Shown here: piece after piece, positions 12,915 through 26,080 of the stretch
How positions within the stretch are numbered: the first letter of the stretch is position 1
Layout of the letters: each line of letters starts with the position of its first letter
The notes under the pieces: model-generated
What the model saw: the letters and a program-made list of their open reading frames with translations, nothing else
Told to the model about the DNA's origin: nothing
Database searches by the model: none
Translations under genes and position numbers: made by a program
DNA from: Camelus dromedarius
Taxonomy: Eukaryota
NCBI RefSeq assembly: GCF_036321535.1
Contig: NC_087436.1
Span: 80,478,001 to 80,542,000, forward strand
Length of the DNA stretch: 64,000 bases
Direction of reading: 5' to 3'

Positions 12915-14517
12915 CTATGCAGAAAACAAAAGCAAACGTGAGATTTGACCACAAACACTTTCATCAGGAAAATAACCACTTCTTGTGTATATTTTCATTA
13001 TCCCAAGGCTGTATGATTTCAGAAATGTACAAAAGCACTTGGGTTGAGAAACATGAGGGCAGGCCAAGATACTAGAACCTGACATGCAAGCTGGAAATTT
13101 GTTATTCAATGCTGTAATACAGATCAACTATCTAATGCTAGAAAGGGCAACAGTCCAATACAGGGCTGCTGTTACTGTGCGGTTGGCGTGCATACCAAAT
13201 TAACGATGCTGCTATGAATTTTTCAAGTTGATATAAAACAGATTTCCAACTATGGAATTCAAGTACTGAATTAGTTATGTTACTTTCAGTGTGAGTCTGT
13301 TATATAAAATTATTCACGAAAAGTGTTTTATAATAGGTAACCTGCTATAAAAATATTAGAAAAATGAATAGTCTATCATCAGCTACGATTTATAAACACA
13401 GTTTAATCCCAGTGAAAAGTATATTTTCAGATTTAAAATCATACTACTGTTTACTGACAAGATGCTTAAATTATCATTCAGCTCATCACAATAAATATAT
13501 AATTAGAGTATAAAAGATAAGGAAATCAAGTTGCTTCTGGTGGTATAAGCAGTTTCATCACTTAATGGAATGAAAAACATTTCCATAGAATGTTTTGTCA
13601 CATTGTCCGGGCTTCAGATCACATCTGTTCTTCCACATATTAAAGAATTCCTTTTGATGGTAACAGTATGAGTATGAAGGTCAAAATGTGAACTAAAGCT
13701 GGTGTCACAGGACTGTGACTTCTCACTGGCACAGTAACGATGATGATGGCAATATATCAATAATAAACTCTTACTTCTCAATTCAGGAAGTTGAAAACAT
13801 TTTTATTTCAGTAATACTAAAAATAACGTAGGAGCAACCTACTAAAGAATCTATAAATCCATTTCTAATGCAATCCAGTATATCAAGAAAATAAATCACT
13901 AGTCCCACAGAGTTCATTTTAGGGTTTATCATATTGAAACACAATGCCACAGTAAGTTATCACTAAGGAAGAAAATGTAGTCACAGAGGCTTCTGAATAC
14001 TGTATGCAGTAAAGCTATCTAGAGTAATATTTATACATTCATTCCTTCAACAAATGATAAGGAAACAGCTACTATTATTATCCGGGACTAATCAGGGTGA
14101 TCTGAAAACAAAAATGAGTAAAAACAATTCTAGCTCTAAAGGGGTATAGAACCTACTGGATTGCATTCAGTAATAACAATGAAGTGACAAAATAGTGTGT
14201 TCATCATTTATTTAGGCATCCAGCTGGTTTCCAGCCTTCCAACTGGTTTGGGCGGTGAAAAAGCACTTAGTAATCCAGTTCAAGCACTAACATGTGCATT
14301 AACTTTTTTAGTGCACGCCTTTCGAGTCTTCTCTAATAAAGTGACATGAATTGAGCCAGCCACATGACCCTCACACACTGTTCAAATGCGTACTTAAGGT
14401 CAGTTTAAAATTAAGACAACTTAAAAAAATACCCCTGCAGACACACACACATAAGCACACCGGCCCCTCAAATATCTTGTAAAGGCAGTTGGGACTGACA
14501 AGCACAAGCAGGCTTAC

Positions 14518-14699
14518 CTTCACGGTGCTGACAAGCTGCCCATCGATGTAGAGGGTTGCAGTGCTGTTCTTCAGCATCCCTTTGCTCATCACCAGAACCA
14601 GGTGGTGCCACTGTCCCTCAATTATCAGTTCTCCACATCGGAAGCGAGCACAGCACGGCAGAATCTCATAAAAAGATGATTCTTCGCTAAAATCATCAA
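14518..14699 (-). CDS. WDFY3: WDFY3 exon 22 (182 nt) DDFSEE...VSTVK
   Basis: tttag|TTGAT, AAG|gtaagc; peptide match. Confidence 0.96.
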
Positions 14700-16334
14700 C
14701 TAAAATAAAGAGGGGGAAAAATTAAAAACTCAACGTCGTCCTCATGCTAACAATTATTCATATCTAGACTTTCACTCTATGTTAAGATAATATGATGATG
14801 TAAATGAAAATATCCTATTCATTCAGTAACTTTAACTGTAGTAAAAAAGTAAAACCTGGGATACATTTTGCTTTGTTCTGCTTAAGATACATACAGTTAT
14901 TTATAACAACTAATAAAAAGTAAAAAAAAAAAAAAAGACAGTAAAATAAAGTTACAATAGACAACAAAAAGAGACTAGTTGATTCTTACCTGTCATGGTC
15001 TGTTATAAAAGGTCTTCTAAAATTCTAGTTTGACATGTATCTGATCACAGCACTGGTTAGAACAAGAACCAAGGATGCTCTGTTCAATGATACAAGGGGG
15101 CAACTACCTGTTCCTAGTTTGTGGCTGTACTGCCCCGACCCTAGTCTGGCAACAGCTGGTAGGAAAGAGGTGATTCAGGGAGTGGAAAGGTATTTGTTAA
15201 TCCAAGTTTCCTGCTTCACTTGACAACTCTGGTGACTTGCTAACATGCTGCAATCACTTCTTGACTCTAATCTGGCTTCTCTCTCCTACCTAGTATGTTA
15301 TCAAATCATGCTAGGAAATAAATGGGTTAAGTATTAATTTAATCTTAATGTTAAGCTAGTTAAAAATTATCTTACCTTTTATATAGTATTCAAAAGGGGG
15401 TGGGGCAGCAGCAGAAACCAGATGTTAGAAAGTCATTCCTCCCCTCAGCCCAAGAAAAATTTTTAAAAAGAGCTGATCTTAACCATGTAACTTAAAGCAG
15501 ACCCACCAGTTTTCAGTACAAGCACATGTATGTAAATATACTAAAAATTTTAAGTTTAAATTATTTGAAGAAAGAACTACAAATAAAATACTCTATTTTG
15601 GGAATCTTAAAAATACCTGCATGAGATTATATTTTTATGCTGAGATTATATTTTTAAATGACAATTCAGAATATACATTTACCGATGTGAAGACCCCTAA
15701 AAAGGCAGCATCTTATCCACATTGTGGCCTAATTAGCAACAGATTTTAATGAACTAAGAAAAAGCAGAGTCAAACAGCTTTGAAAGGTCTAGTGTTCCAC
15801 AACCAAGGGATGCAAAACAAAAGATAAAAGGCATGGGTGAAACCAGGAACTCTTCCTACTCCCTTCCCTGGTTAACAGACTGAATCTTCTTGAGAACTGT
15901 AGAAGATGTTTCTTATAAAAATTTTCCAAGAGTTTCACACTCTGACTCAGGTTTAAACTAAGACATACCCAGCATTCAGTGGTGTAGCAGGATATTTGCT
16001 GAGCCTACTGGTTTCTGACAACTCTTAATTACCTAGGCATCCTAATGGGCTACAGCTGTTCAGAGGATGGATCTTTGCAGTAGTCACATCACATGTATCA
16101 CAAATGTATAAGTTACTGAAATTTCTAGTGATATATGGACCAAAGTAGTCTGGCAAATTACATTCAGTGAAAATGACAGAGTTAGAAAACATTTTTTACT
16201 GAAATATCCCTAGAGTTAATCCTTAACTTTTTCATTAAATTCTATCCTTTTCCCAAATTCTCCATTATTATTCACTTTTCTCATTGTTTCCCTTTCAAAT
16301 TATCTGTATTTCTTTCTCTTTATTTTTTTTTCTT

Positions 16335-17100
16335 CTCATTCATTCATTTGTCTTTAAATAATGTGTGTAGGTCTAGTATGTGCTAGGCACTGTTTTGGGT
16401 GGCAGGGCTCCCGAGATTACAAAGATAATAACATTGTGTGTGGGAAATGAAGAGTTCTAGCAGGGTAGGCAGACAAAAACAAATAAAGAATTAAGATCTA
16501 TGAAGTCCAGGTAAGTGATAAAGAATATTAAACAGTTACGACAGTGGGCATAGGAAGGAACAGAAGATTCAAGAAATATTAAAAAGGCATAGGGTATTTT
16601 CAAGGTTGACTTGAGGTTCCGAATGGGCTAACTGGTAGTGAGGGTGTCATTTAACAGGAAAATAGGAGATGCAGGTTTTAAGAACAAATCTTATAGTCTG
16701 AGCTGTTTAACGAAGACTACTCATGTTAAGATGTCTAATATGCAGTTGAAAATATGAAGACAAAGCCTGGGACACAGACAAACTGAAAGATTTTAATTTC
16801 AGAGATCCTGCGGGTAACAAGACCTAATACTAATAGAAATGGGTGATTTTTTTTTTCCTCTCATGAAGAGCAGGTTGGCTACAAAGACTAAAGGTAAAAG
16901 CTTGAAGAATACTAATTTTTAAAAGAAGATGGAGGAGAAAGCTGTTGAAGGAAATTGAGAGAGACATTGGAGAAATGGTGAGAGAACAGAGAGTAGGTAA
17001 TCTCAAATTGCAAGACTACAGATAGTTTTAATTAGGAAGAAAACATCAACAGAATCAAATGCCACAAAAGAGCAGATAAAGTGTCCTAACCAAGATTTTA
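16335..17100. mobile_element. L2 remnant incl. 3' end (cattcattcatt)
   Basis: cattcattcatt...tatgtgctaggcactgtt; approximate. Confidence 0.55.
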
Positions 17101-17903
17101 AAGCACTTACTACATTGATGCCTAACTCTGTGCTGATCATGATGAAGAATCCTAAATAAGACAAGAAGCCATACAGTCTAATTGAGAAGCTAACATTCAT
17201 ATTCAATTAATATGTGAATACCAACCACAGGTGAAGCAATGTGTACTATTATTTTATTTAGTTAGTTAAAAAACAAAATTAGATAATAAAAAAGAGGTAC
17301 ATTTATATACAAGTACCTATATTCAGAGCAAATAAAATTCAGTGAACTCAGATTTACATTTTATGTTATTTATATCATTTAGGAAGATCTTCATGAATGC
17401 CTTGAGTATGAAGTTCTCTTACATAGTAATGTAACATTATGACATGTTGGAAGGAATTAGGATTATTAAATGTATGTATTAAGTCTTGAAGGTAAGCGAT
17501 GACTAAAGTAATTAAATTGTGTTATTGTGTCTAGCACAGAGTGGCACATATGGTAGGCAGGTGCTCAATGAATATTCATTAGTTAAGCAGAATTCACAGC
17601 CAATGAAAATCCTTACTAAAATATATTACACAAGCAACCTGCTTTCCTAGCAAAAGCTGCGATTTCTTGGCAAGGAGAGATGAATCTTTATTTAAGGGAC
17701 TCTCTCTGCTGTTTTCTAAGTTTCTTTTGAAAATGCCTTAAAACTTCACTGATGAACAATATTCAAGATTTCATATAACCTGTTCTAGTCTATGATTTTA
17801 AATTAGAAAAGAATTACCAGCTGGATCTTAAAACTGAATTTTAAAACGAAGTTTAACACTTGTACTAATCACAAGAAGCAGAAAGAAGAAGACAGCTACT
17901 GAC

Positions 17904-18122
17904 CATAGTTTTGGAGCAGTTCCTCTTTGGTGGAAACAATCAGAGACCGGTCTTTCGCTGACAGAACGATGGCAAGGCACACATAATGCTGCTCAGAAGA
18001 ATTTGCTCGGCGAACAATAGTCAGAAGTCTGACAGGGTGGTTATTTGGAGGAGAACTAAAATGTTCGATGCAAAACCAGCTAGAGTAGCTTAAGCCTGAT
18101 GGAGGAGGGAAGAATCTTTCAC
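17904..18122 (-). CDS. WDFY3: WDFY3 exon 21 (219 nt) ERFFPP...LLQNY
   Basis: tttag|GTGAA, ATG|gtcagt; ORF 17896..18222. Confidence 0.96.
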
Positions 18123-18282
18123 CTAAAGTGAAAGTAGAAAAATAACAATGAAAGAGTTTGTGTTGACTCATATTTATATTTAAAAAAGATGCCAACAAAG
18201 GCAGAATCTCTAAATAAAACATAATTCACTGAATGAAAAAAAAAAAAAAAAGAATCTCATGAGCATAGAAAGTAATATTTAC

Positions 18283-18383
18283 CAGAACCAATGCCACTGA
18301 CCACGGCCCCATCGGTAAGACCTGTTGTGACGGCATTGTTTGTAGGGGCATTATGAGGGGCTAAACTGGGCAGGAACAGGCAG
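18283..18383 (-). CDS. WDFY3: WDFY3 exon 20 (101 nt) CLFLPSL...SGIGS
   Basis: aatag|CTGCC, CTG|gtaaat; hand translation. Confidence 0.95.
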
Positions 18384-19129
18384 CTATTAAAGAAAAGACA
18401 ACGTAAGTATTAGAGAGCAACTGTTTTCTTCTCTTATTACTATGTACTTACCACAGTGAAATAAACTGCCACTATTAACTAGAGATAAAGAGATCATGGA
18501 ATAAATCTAGATGCCTAACAAAGTCCTCTCCTTTTAATTATGTGAGAATTTAAAAGGGTGTATTTTAAAAATCTCCACTCTAAAAAATTAAAACAAAAAT
18601 CAAAGTATAATTTGCATATGGTAAGATGCACTAATGTGTAACCCTGTACAAGACATTGGAACAATTTCATCACCACAGAAAAATTCCCTTGTGCCCCTTT
18701 CTAGTGAGTCATTCTCTTCTGTAACCACTGTTCTGATTACTTTTGCCTATTCCCAAATGTTTTAATTCACTGTTCAGTAATAACCCACGACAATGTTCTT
18801 AAAACACTATTTAGAGTTTCAGACAATGTATAAGAATCCTACAAACAATGGTATAAACATAGATCTATTCTATTAGCATGTGTCCATTTTGAGGCTGATG
18901 GACTTTATAAACATACTCTTCTAGATTCTCTATAGATTCTTTTTGTTACTTCTGCTACTATAGCTTTTTCTGCTACTTGAAAGTATTTACTCATTTAATG
19001 TGATAGTAACCGAATACTTCTCATGTATAAGATACAAAGGTAATCTGAGGGAAAAAATGATGATAAAACCCAAAGAGCTTTTAATCTAATTTTAATTTGC
19101 ATAATATCTGTAACTTTATTGTACTAAAT

Positions 19130-19357
19130 CAGCACTAGGCAAACATTTTCTAGAGAGGGCCAGAGTGTAAATATTTTACACTTTGCAGACCAGATCAGAT
19201 GGTCTCTATTACAACTACTCAAGTTTGCCACTCTACATGAAAGCAGCCATAGACAATATACACATAATTGAATATGGTTGTGTTATAATAAAACTTTATT
19301 TAAAAAAAAACCTACGAACACAGATTTGGACCATGCGCCTTAGATTGTTGACTCTTA
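19130..19357. mobile_element. MER58A-like hAT-Charlie MITE
   Basis: ggcaaac...agggccaga...acaactactca...aaagcagccatagacaata...aataaaactttattt resemble recalled consensus. Confidence 0.8.
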
Positions 19358-19571
19358 TACCATATCAATTTATTTAGTATAATAAATAATTGAAAATAAT
19401 TGAATCCAAAAAATATTAAAATAACATGCTTAAAGAACTCAATCATTTGAAAATATATAGCATATAGTATATTTTAATCAAGTAGATTTAAAACCAATGT
19501 TCTATTCATCAAAGGCAAGACTGAGGTATAAATTAATATAATAAGGCTTGGCTACCTTGCAAAATCCTTAC

Positions 19572-19803
19572 CCAAACCCTTCAAGGGATGTGTCAAATTC
19601 AACAAAAGCTGGAGTAACTGATGACCCATGAAGTCTGATGTCATGTGGAGTTGTCATGGAAACCAGACACTTAACCCTGGTCAGGGGTACAGTACTTCCT
19701 TCTGCAGATTTTACTAGGCTTTTGCTTATCCGGTAATGGTTATCTTCGTGTAAACTGAAAACATTATCAGAACCCAGACCTTCCATAGATGTGATCATAC
19801 TAC
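19572..19803 (-). CDS. WDFY3: WDFY3 exon 19 (232 nt) SMITS...LEGFG
   Basis: tacag|GTAGT, TGG|gtaagg; ORF 19568..19798. Confidence 0.96.
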
Positions 19804-22090
19804 CTGTAAGTCAAAGAAAATCTCTTGGGAAAAATATCACGTAGATTTCTAAAATAATGAATTTACAAGGCTGATTTATTTTTAAATACTAGTCTTTAGT
19901 TTCAATATACACAATAATTTTATTTTTAAACCCCAAAGCTATTATCCAGTTTTAACATAATTTATGTTCATTTCTAAACTTAAATAGCATGTGTTTTTAC
20001 CTTCTTACTTATTACTAAAGTAACACATTGCAGAAATGTTGGAAACTAAACGGCACAAGGAAAGATCAAATACAAGAAGAATAAAAATCACCAATGACCA
20101 CTGTCCAAGCCACTATTATAATTTAATTATAAATTACAGATTTATAAAAATCAGATTACATTTTTATTTCTCTAAGTTATTTATTATTTTTCTTTGAGAA
20201 GAAAGCAAAATATGCAAGAAGTATTATAATGGAGAGAAATAGGTCATCTTTCTTATTTAAAAAAAATCAGACATAAATAGCAGAAGCTCGCTTCTGCCAT
20301 TTTCTCCCCATTTTAAATTCTTCCCTTATAACTACTAAAATTAAACATGAGATCATAAAAATACTTGAATTTAAAAATTCTTATATGCATGCAAATAGTA
20401 ACAATTTCAAGAACAAAAAAATTTAAACAGGCTGTCCTATTTTTCAGGAATATATTTTAATGTAATGGAGAAAAATCTTCCCTCTCAAGATGAACCACAA
20501 GAATGTAACTATTCCTCTCTTAAGAGTGCCATGCATTCAGGCAACCATAAAAAATATTTCAATATTCTCTTAGAGAAAGGAACTATTTTTGTCAATTCTA
20601 AAGAACTGTGTAAAGTACAAAAACAATAACAAAACATATATATATACATGTAAGGGATGTCTATCAATTGACAAGAAAAATTCAAATACCCTGTTTCCCA
20701 ATAAAACTGTGTTAGAACCCAAAAGATCTTAAGGTTTCCAAAACAGTATTCACTAATCAATATTAATAAATGGCAGGAGGAAAAATTAAGGTTAAAATAA
20801 CAGTTGAAGGTTGTTTAATCTCTGATTCTCACCTAAATAATGGGATTGAATTGAATAATTATTACATTCTTTCAGAACAGCTATTTTACTTTTCTAAGTT
20901 TTATTCTTTCCTGCTTGCTTCCCTAGTAAAGGTCACTTCAATCCATCAACGCAAATGCTTTAACTATAGCTAACAACGAGACAAAATAAATTGCAAAGTT
21001 AAAAACCAACAAAATTTTTAAATTAACATTGGAAGGACACCTAGGGCCACTGAGAGCTCTACTGAGAATACTCTTTCCCCACAGCTGTTGAGTGGATGGA
21101 ATCTGGTGTTTCTCCCGGGTCTTTGCCGGACTGGTAGGCAGTGCCTACGTTCTGCTAACACTCTTCCTCCCCATCACCCTTCCACCAGCCTTATGCAAAC
21201 ACTTGTCCTTGGAGTCTCCTCATCGGCAATCCTATCATGAAATCCCTCTATGAAACCGCCACCTACTACTGCTGGCACTGCGTTTGCACCTCTCCTCTGT
21301 ACTAATTCTTGCCAGTGCACAGGGGTAAGTCAAGGTCCACACGAACAATCCATCTAGCATCTCGCTCCTATGATCACCATTCCACCAATAAGCTTCAGCT
21401 CTTCACTCCAGAGCCACAACTTGGGCATGCTCCTTTTCTTTGCTTGTCTTACTGCTCCAGTTTTGACTGCCATCATCCTGCATCATTCCTCCAGTTCTCC
21501 CATTCTTTCTCTCTCACTACATCAGCTTTTGGGTCCGGCCTATCCCTTTTCTTCTCCAGCCCAGCGACCTATCCCTTTTCTCCCAGTCTACCACTAGCTG
21601 CTTGACTTCACTTCTTCCTCTATCCATCCTATACTCCTTGGTGTGTCCCTTCAATTACTTTTATTAGTATTTTACATTTTCCTGCCCTCCATGTCCTCCT
21701 GCAGCAGCTGTCCTGCAAAGCCAGGGCCTGTTCATAATCCAGTCAACCACTCTTTAACCCAGGCAGCGAAGGCTAATTGAGAAAGACAAAGAAATTACGG
21801 ATTCCCTGAGAAATCCCCCTTCCAAGTCAAGGGTTATTCTGCACATAATTCTCATCTCCTTTGGATCTTGCTTCTTTCAATGATTCCTTCCCCATCCCCA
21901 TATGCTCCCTTCTTCAGTTGGTAGATCAGATCTTATGTTTCTTTACTTAAATAACAGTAAATGAAACAAGAACAACAAACCTTTCTCTTTCCTTTCATTC
22001 GTAGTCAAACTTCTTGAAATAATATTCATCCCCTACATGATTTTCATTTATAAAATAAACCAAAAAACGGAACTTCAAAGGTCAACTTAC

Positions 22091-22203
22091 TTCTCATCTC
22101 TGGCTCGTAACTCAGTGAACTTGGTTTGTGGACCCTATACTGTTTTAGCAGTTTTTTGTCCCAGGCACCACAATTTAATGGACTTGCCAAACGTAAAAAC
22201 TCC
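22091..22203 (-). CDS. WDFY3: WDFY3 exon 18 (113 nt) EFLRLAS...EPEMR
   Basis: tttag|GGAG, GAA|gtaagt; hand translation. Confidence 0.95.
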
Positions 22204-23369
22204 CTAAAGAAGAGACAACACAAAGTTATTCCTTATTGGGAACACCATATAATTCATTAAATAAACACACAAAAATATGATTTAATGAATTATAACAGAC
22301 TAATTAAAATACCAAAGCAATTCAAAGAGTTATTATAATATATATTAACTTTATGTTTAAATCTCCAAGCACTGAAAAGAACATCAAATATTGTGAAAAG
22401 TTAGAAAATGAAATCTGAGGAGCATGTTCTCCTGGAACGTGATGGGCAGAAATACAGCGACATGTCAAGGGGTTACACAAATAGGAGCCTTTTATATCCA
22501 GTCATTTATGGCATCATCTAAAAGAGGGAAAAAAATACATCTCTGAATTTTTTATTCTCTACAGCAGAAAAAAAGTTTGCCATTTTTTCATACAGAGTGC
22601 AATATGCAATTAGCTTATAACCTATGGCTTATCAGCAGGTAAGTGCCTATATCATCATAGGACCTTTCCTTCTGATAATTCATTCACTGTGAAAACTGAG
22701 CATGTCCAAATGGTTGGTTTCCATTGCTTACTCTGTTTATCTAAGAAGGCAGTGTAAAAGTTACTTAGTAAAATACGAGTAGTAGGTATGAGATAGTCTC
22801 TCTCTTTCACTCGCTGACACTCTCTACTTTTAAAAGAAGCAGATTACCAGAAAGGATCAGGGAAAAATCTCCGTGCTGTTTTCAGTATTTTAGGTCTCTG
22901 AATATATCCATAATGTGACTGCCAAAGTTAGTAGAGACTGTCTCATCTCAGCATTACCAAGGCTGAGCACACTGCCCTGTACAATACTGTTTAACAAATG
23001 TTAACCACAAAGGTTTTTCTTAATCCACCATTAGTTTGGAGTCAGTTGAAAAAATATAAATTACAAGTAGAGTCCAATCATTTTTAGGAAAGTTGCAGAA
23101 GTTTTGTGAAAAAAGAACTCTTTAACAGCAGAAAAAAATTGTCTTATAAAGAGAGCAGCTTATATTTTGAAAGTGACAAAGATATACAAGTATATATATA
23201 TATATATTTTTTTTTTTTTTAAAAGAGGGACAAGATGACTTACACATTAAATCTATTTGGCTAGGAAATTTCAAGGAAAATATTTTTTTTAAATGCTGCT
23301 TCAGAGCACTGCTTCTCTTGCACTAAAAAAGGTTATTCAAATATAGCTACCTTTTGAATGGCTAAAGTG

Positions 23370-24030
23370 TGCAAGGTATATCCACAGCACGGAATACAAC
23401 TCAGCGATAGAAAGAAACAAACTCTTTTTTTGTTTGTTCTTTTTGGTGGGGGAAGGTAATTAGGTTTACTTATTTAATCTTAGAGGAGGTACTGGGGATT
23501 GAACCCAGGACCTCATGCATGCTACCACTTGAGCGATATCCTCCCCCCGAAAGAAACAAACTATTGATACATGATAATTTAGATGCATCTCAAAGGCATT
23601 ATGATAACTGAAAAAAGCTAAGCACAAAATAATCACAAAATTAATGTATGAATTAACTTATATAACATTTTCAAAGTGACAAAATTATGGAGATGGAGAA
23701 CAGATTACTGGTTTTCAGGGGTTAGGGATGGTGGAGGTCAAGAAGGTGACTATGACAATAAAAGGATAGGATTGGGGGGATCTTTGTGACACCTTAATTG
23801 TGTGATAGCTACATCAGTCTGACACAATAACAGGGCACTATAGCATACATGGGAACCATAGCATACATGGATACATTGTACCAATGTCAGTGTCTTGGTT
23901 TTGATGTTGCACTATGGTTCCCTAAGATGCAACCACTGGAGGAAACTGGGTGAAGGGGACACAGAACCTCTCCAATCTATCTTTACAACTTCCTCTGAAT
24001 CTGTAATTATTTTAAAATTAAAAAATTTAA
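23370..24030 (+). mobile_element. Old L1MC/MD-like 3' end (hosts the SINE at 23424)
   Basis: Typical 3' UTR motifs (atggagaacagattactggtt; ggaaactgggtgaaggg...acaacttcctctgaatctgta). Confidence 0.75.
23424..23548 (-). mobile_element. Vic-1-like SINE with internal deletion
   Basis: Reverse-complement similarity to the 301 copy; perfect 14-bp TSD gaaagaaacaaact (23410-23423/23549-23562). Confidence 0.88.
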
Positions 24031-24362
24031 AAAAGTGTTTCTTAAAAGAGTTCTTACACACAAAATGTTCCTAAAGTAGATGCAAGTCATATAAATATAG
24101 CATGACTTTATTTTTAAAGGAAAGAGAGTTTGCTGTAGAAGTAGAAGAAATAACCAATGGGCAAAGACATCCCCTGTTTATTAATAACTAGATTTATCTA
24201 AGTACTATATTTTGAGCATTTTGCCCATTTTTGTGGTGTTTCGGTTTTGCCCACAGGTAACTGAACACATGTTTATTAAAGCAAGAATTCCTGACTATGA
24301 AGACTACAAAGAGCCATTCCTCACGGTGGCTTATCTGACTGTGAAGAAGAGAACGTACTGAC

Positions 24363-24577
24363 CTCAGCACCATGGGCTCCAGAGCCTGAGAGGCTAAGCG
24401 TTCAAACATCCTCTGGAGAGGCGGGTGCAGTGAGTGGTCCTCGTCGGCCAGCGCAGCGCTGCACCGCTGCAGCAGGCGTGCATGGAGACCAGCTTCACAC
24501 ATGACTTGCTGGTTTCTCTCTGTGTGCACCAGCGATTGTAAAATATTTGCCACGGCAAGTTGAAGGTCCAAAGCATG
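24363..24577 (-). CDS. WDFY3: WDFY3 exon 17 (215 nt) HALDLQ...PMVLR
   Basis: ttcag|CATGCT, GAG|gtcagt; ORF 24194..24571. Confidence 0.96.
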
Positions 24578-25378
24578 CTGAAGTTAACAAAGAAATCCAT
24601 GCCACAGGGGCGTTCTTAATAAGACATGTGACAGTTCTCTCCATGTGAGGCACACGTTTTAACGTGAGGTCTCTACATGCTTCAAATTACGTTCAGATGA
24701 ATTAAGTAGCTGGCTTAAAGGGGCACAGCAACTCCAGAACAGGGCCAGAGAAATACTTCCTATCTTAGTTTTGCTAGAAGCATACCCAGCTAGACTCCAT
24801 TCTCTTCCAAGTCTTTTGGATTACCTGACTATATATAATTAATAGTATTTTTATTTTTATAAAATTAGCAGGCATAATAAGTCTTTTTCATGGTATGTAA
24901 ATAACCAGTTTAAAGGAAGGCCAATTGTTAAGATTTGTGACACTTAAGGCTTTAGAGGCCACATAACATTTTAACAAAATTAGTCACCCAAACTCCAGTT
25001 CACTCAAACTCTTGAGCATTACAAGTCAGAATAGATAAATAGTCTCAATATGGTACCTTCAGTCATTTTTCTTTCTGTACTATTTATTAACAATTTCCAC
25101 TGCTGAGCAGGATTTCAAGGAGAAACAATTATTTTAGAAGTAACTGTCTTGGTTGCATTTTAACAAATCAACTGTATTAAAAAGCATACATATCTACCAT
25201 TTGTTAAGAAATTTAAGACTCGAATAGAAAAGCCCTAGTTTTTTTCCTTTACCTGCTTTAGTATGTGATATAGGAAGGCTCCATCTCACTTTCCTGGCCC
25301 CACCCCCTTGCTCATGCAATCACACTCACATCCTTTCACTCACTAAAGATGGGAAGGAACTAACATGCCCACGCTTAC

Positions 25379-25556
25379 TTCTGGCTGTGTCACGGACCCA
25401 ACAGAGGCCAGGAGGTCCAGCATAGCAAGCATGGCTCCAGGATGGATGATGACAGCGTCAGAACTCTGGACAGATGAAGTTGCCGCGTGTAGTTTCAGGT
25501 CAGCAACATTTTTAGGAGGGTAAACAGGGGGAGTTGAAACAGAATGATATGCATGC
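25379..25556 (-). CDS. WDFY3: WDFY3 exon 16 (178 nt) HAYHSV...VTQPE
   Basis: tgcag|GCATG, GAA|gtaagc; hand translation. Confidence 0.95.
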
Positions 25557-25821
25557 CTGCAAGAAAGAAAGAAGGATAATTTGATATTTAATTTTGATCA
25601 CATTCTCTGTTCATTTTCATCTTCTGTTATCTTTCTCCACTGATAAACAAAAGGCCTTAAAATTCAAGGTTGAGTTACAAAACACCTGAAGGTTGGGAAA
25701 TAAAAAAGCCATTATCAGTTCTTAATGAGTCGCATATAAACAATTTAACTATTAATTCTTCTAGGCTCTTATATGTTTTCACCATTTACTATTCGGACTG
25801 TTTCATTAAAGAAAGGCATAT

Positions 25822-26080
25822 GATGACTAGTTAACACTGCTCCCTGGTGTATTTGAAAGTTGCTAAAAGAGTAGATCCTAGAAGTTCTCATCACAAGAAA
25901 AAAAATCCATTTTTTCCTTTTTTTCCCCCTTGTATCTATATAAGATAATGCATGTTAAGTAAACTTATTGTGGTAATCATTTTGCAATACATGTAAGTCA
26001 AGTCATTGTGACGTACACCTTAAACTTACACAGTGCAGCACGGCAATTGTATCTCAGTAAAACTGAAAGGAAAAAAAAAA
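25822..26080 (+). mobile_element. L1MA-like 3' end
   Basis: gttgctaaaagagtagatcct...gtacaccttaaacttaca, A tail; imperfect TSD aaagaaWggcatRt. Confidence 0.8.
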
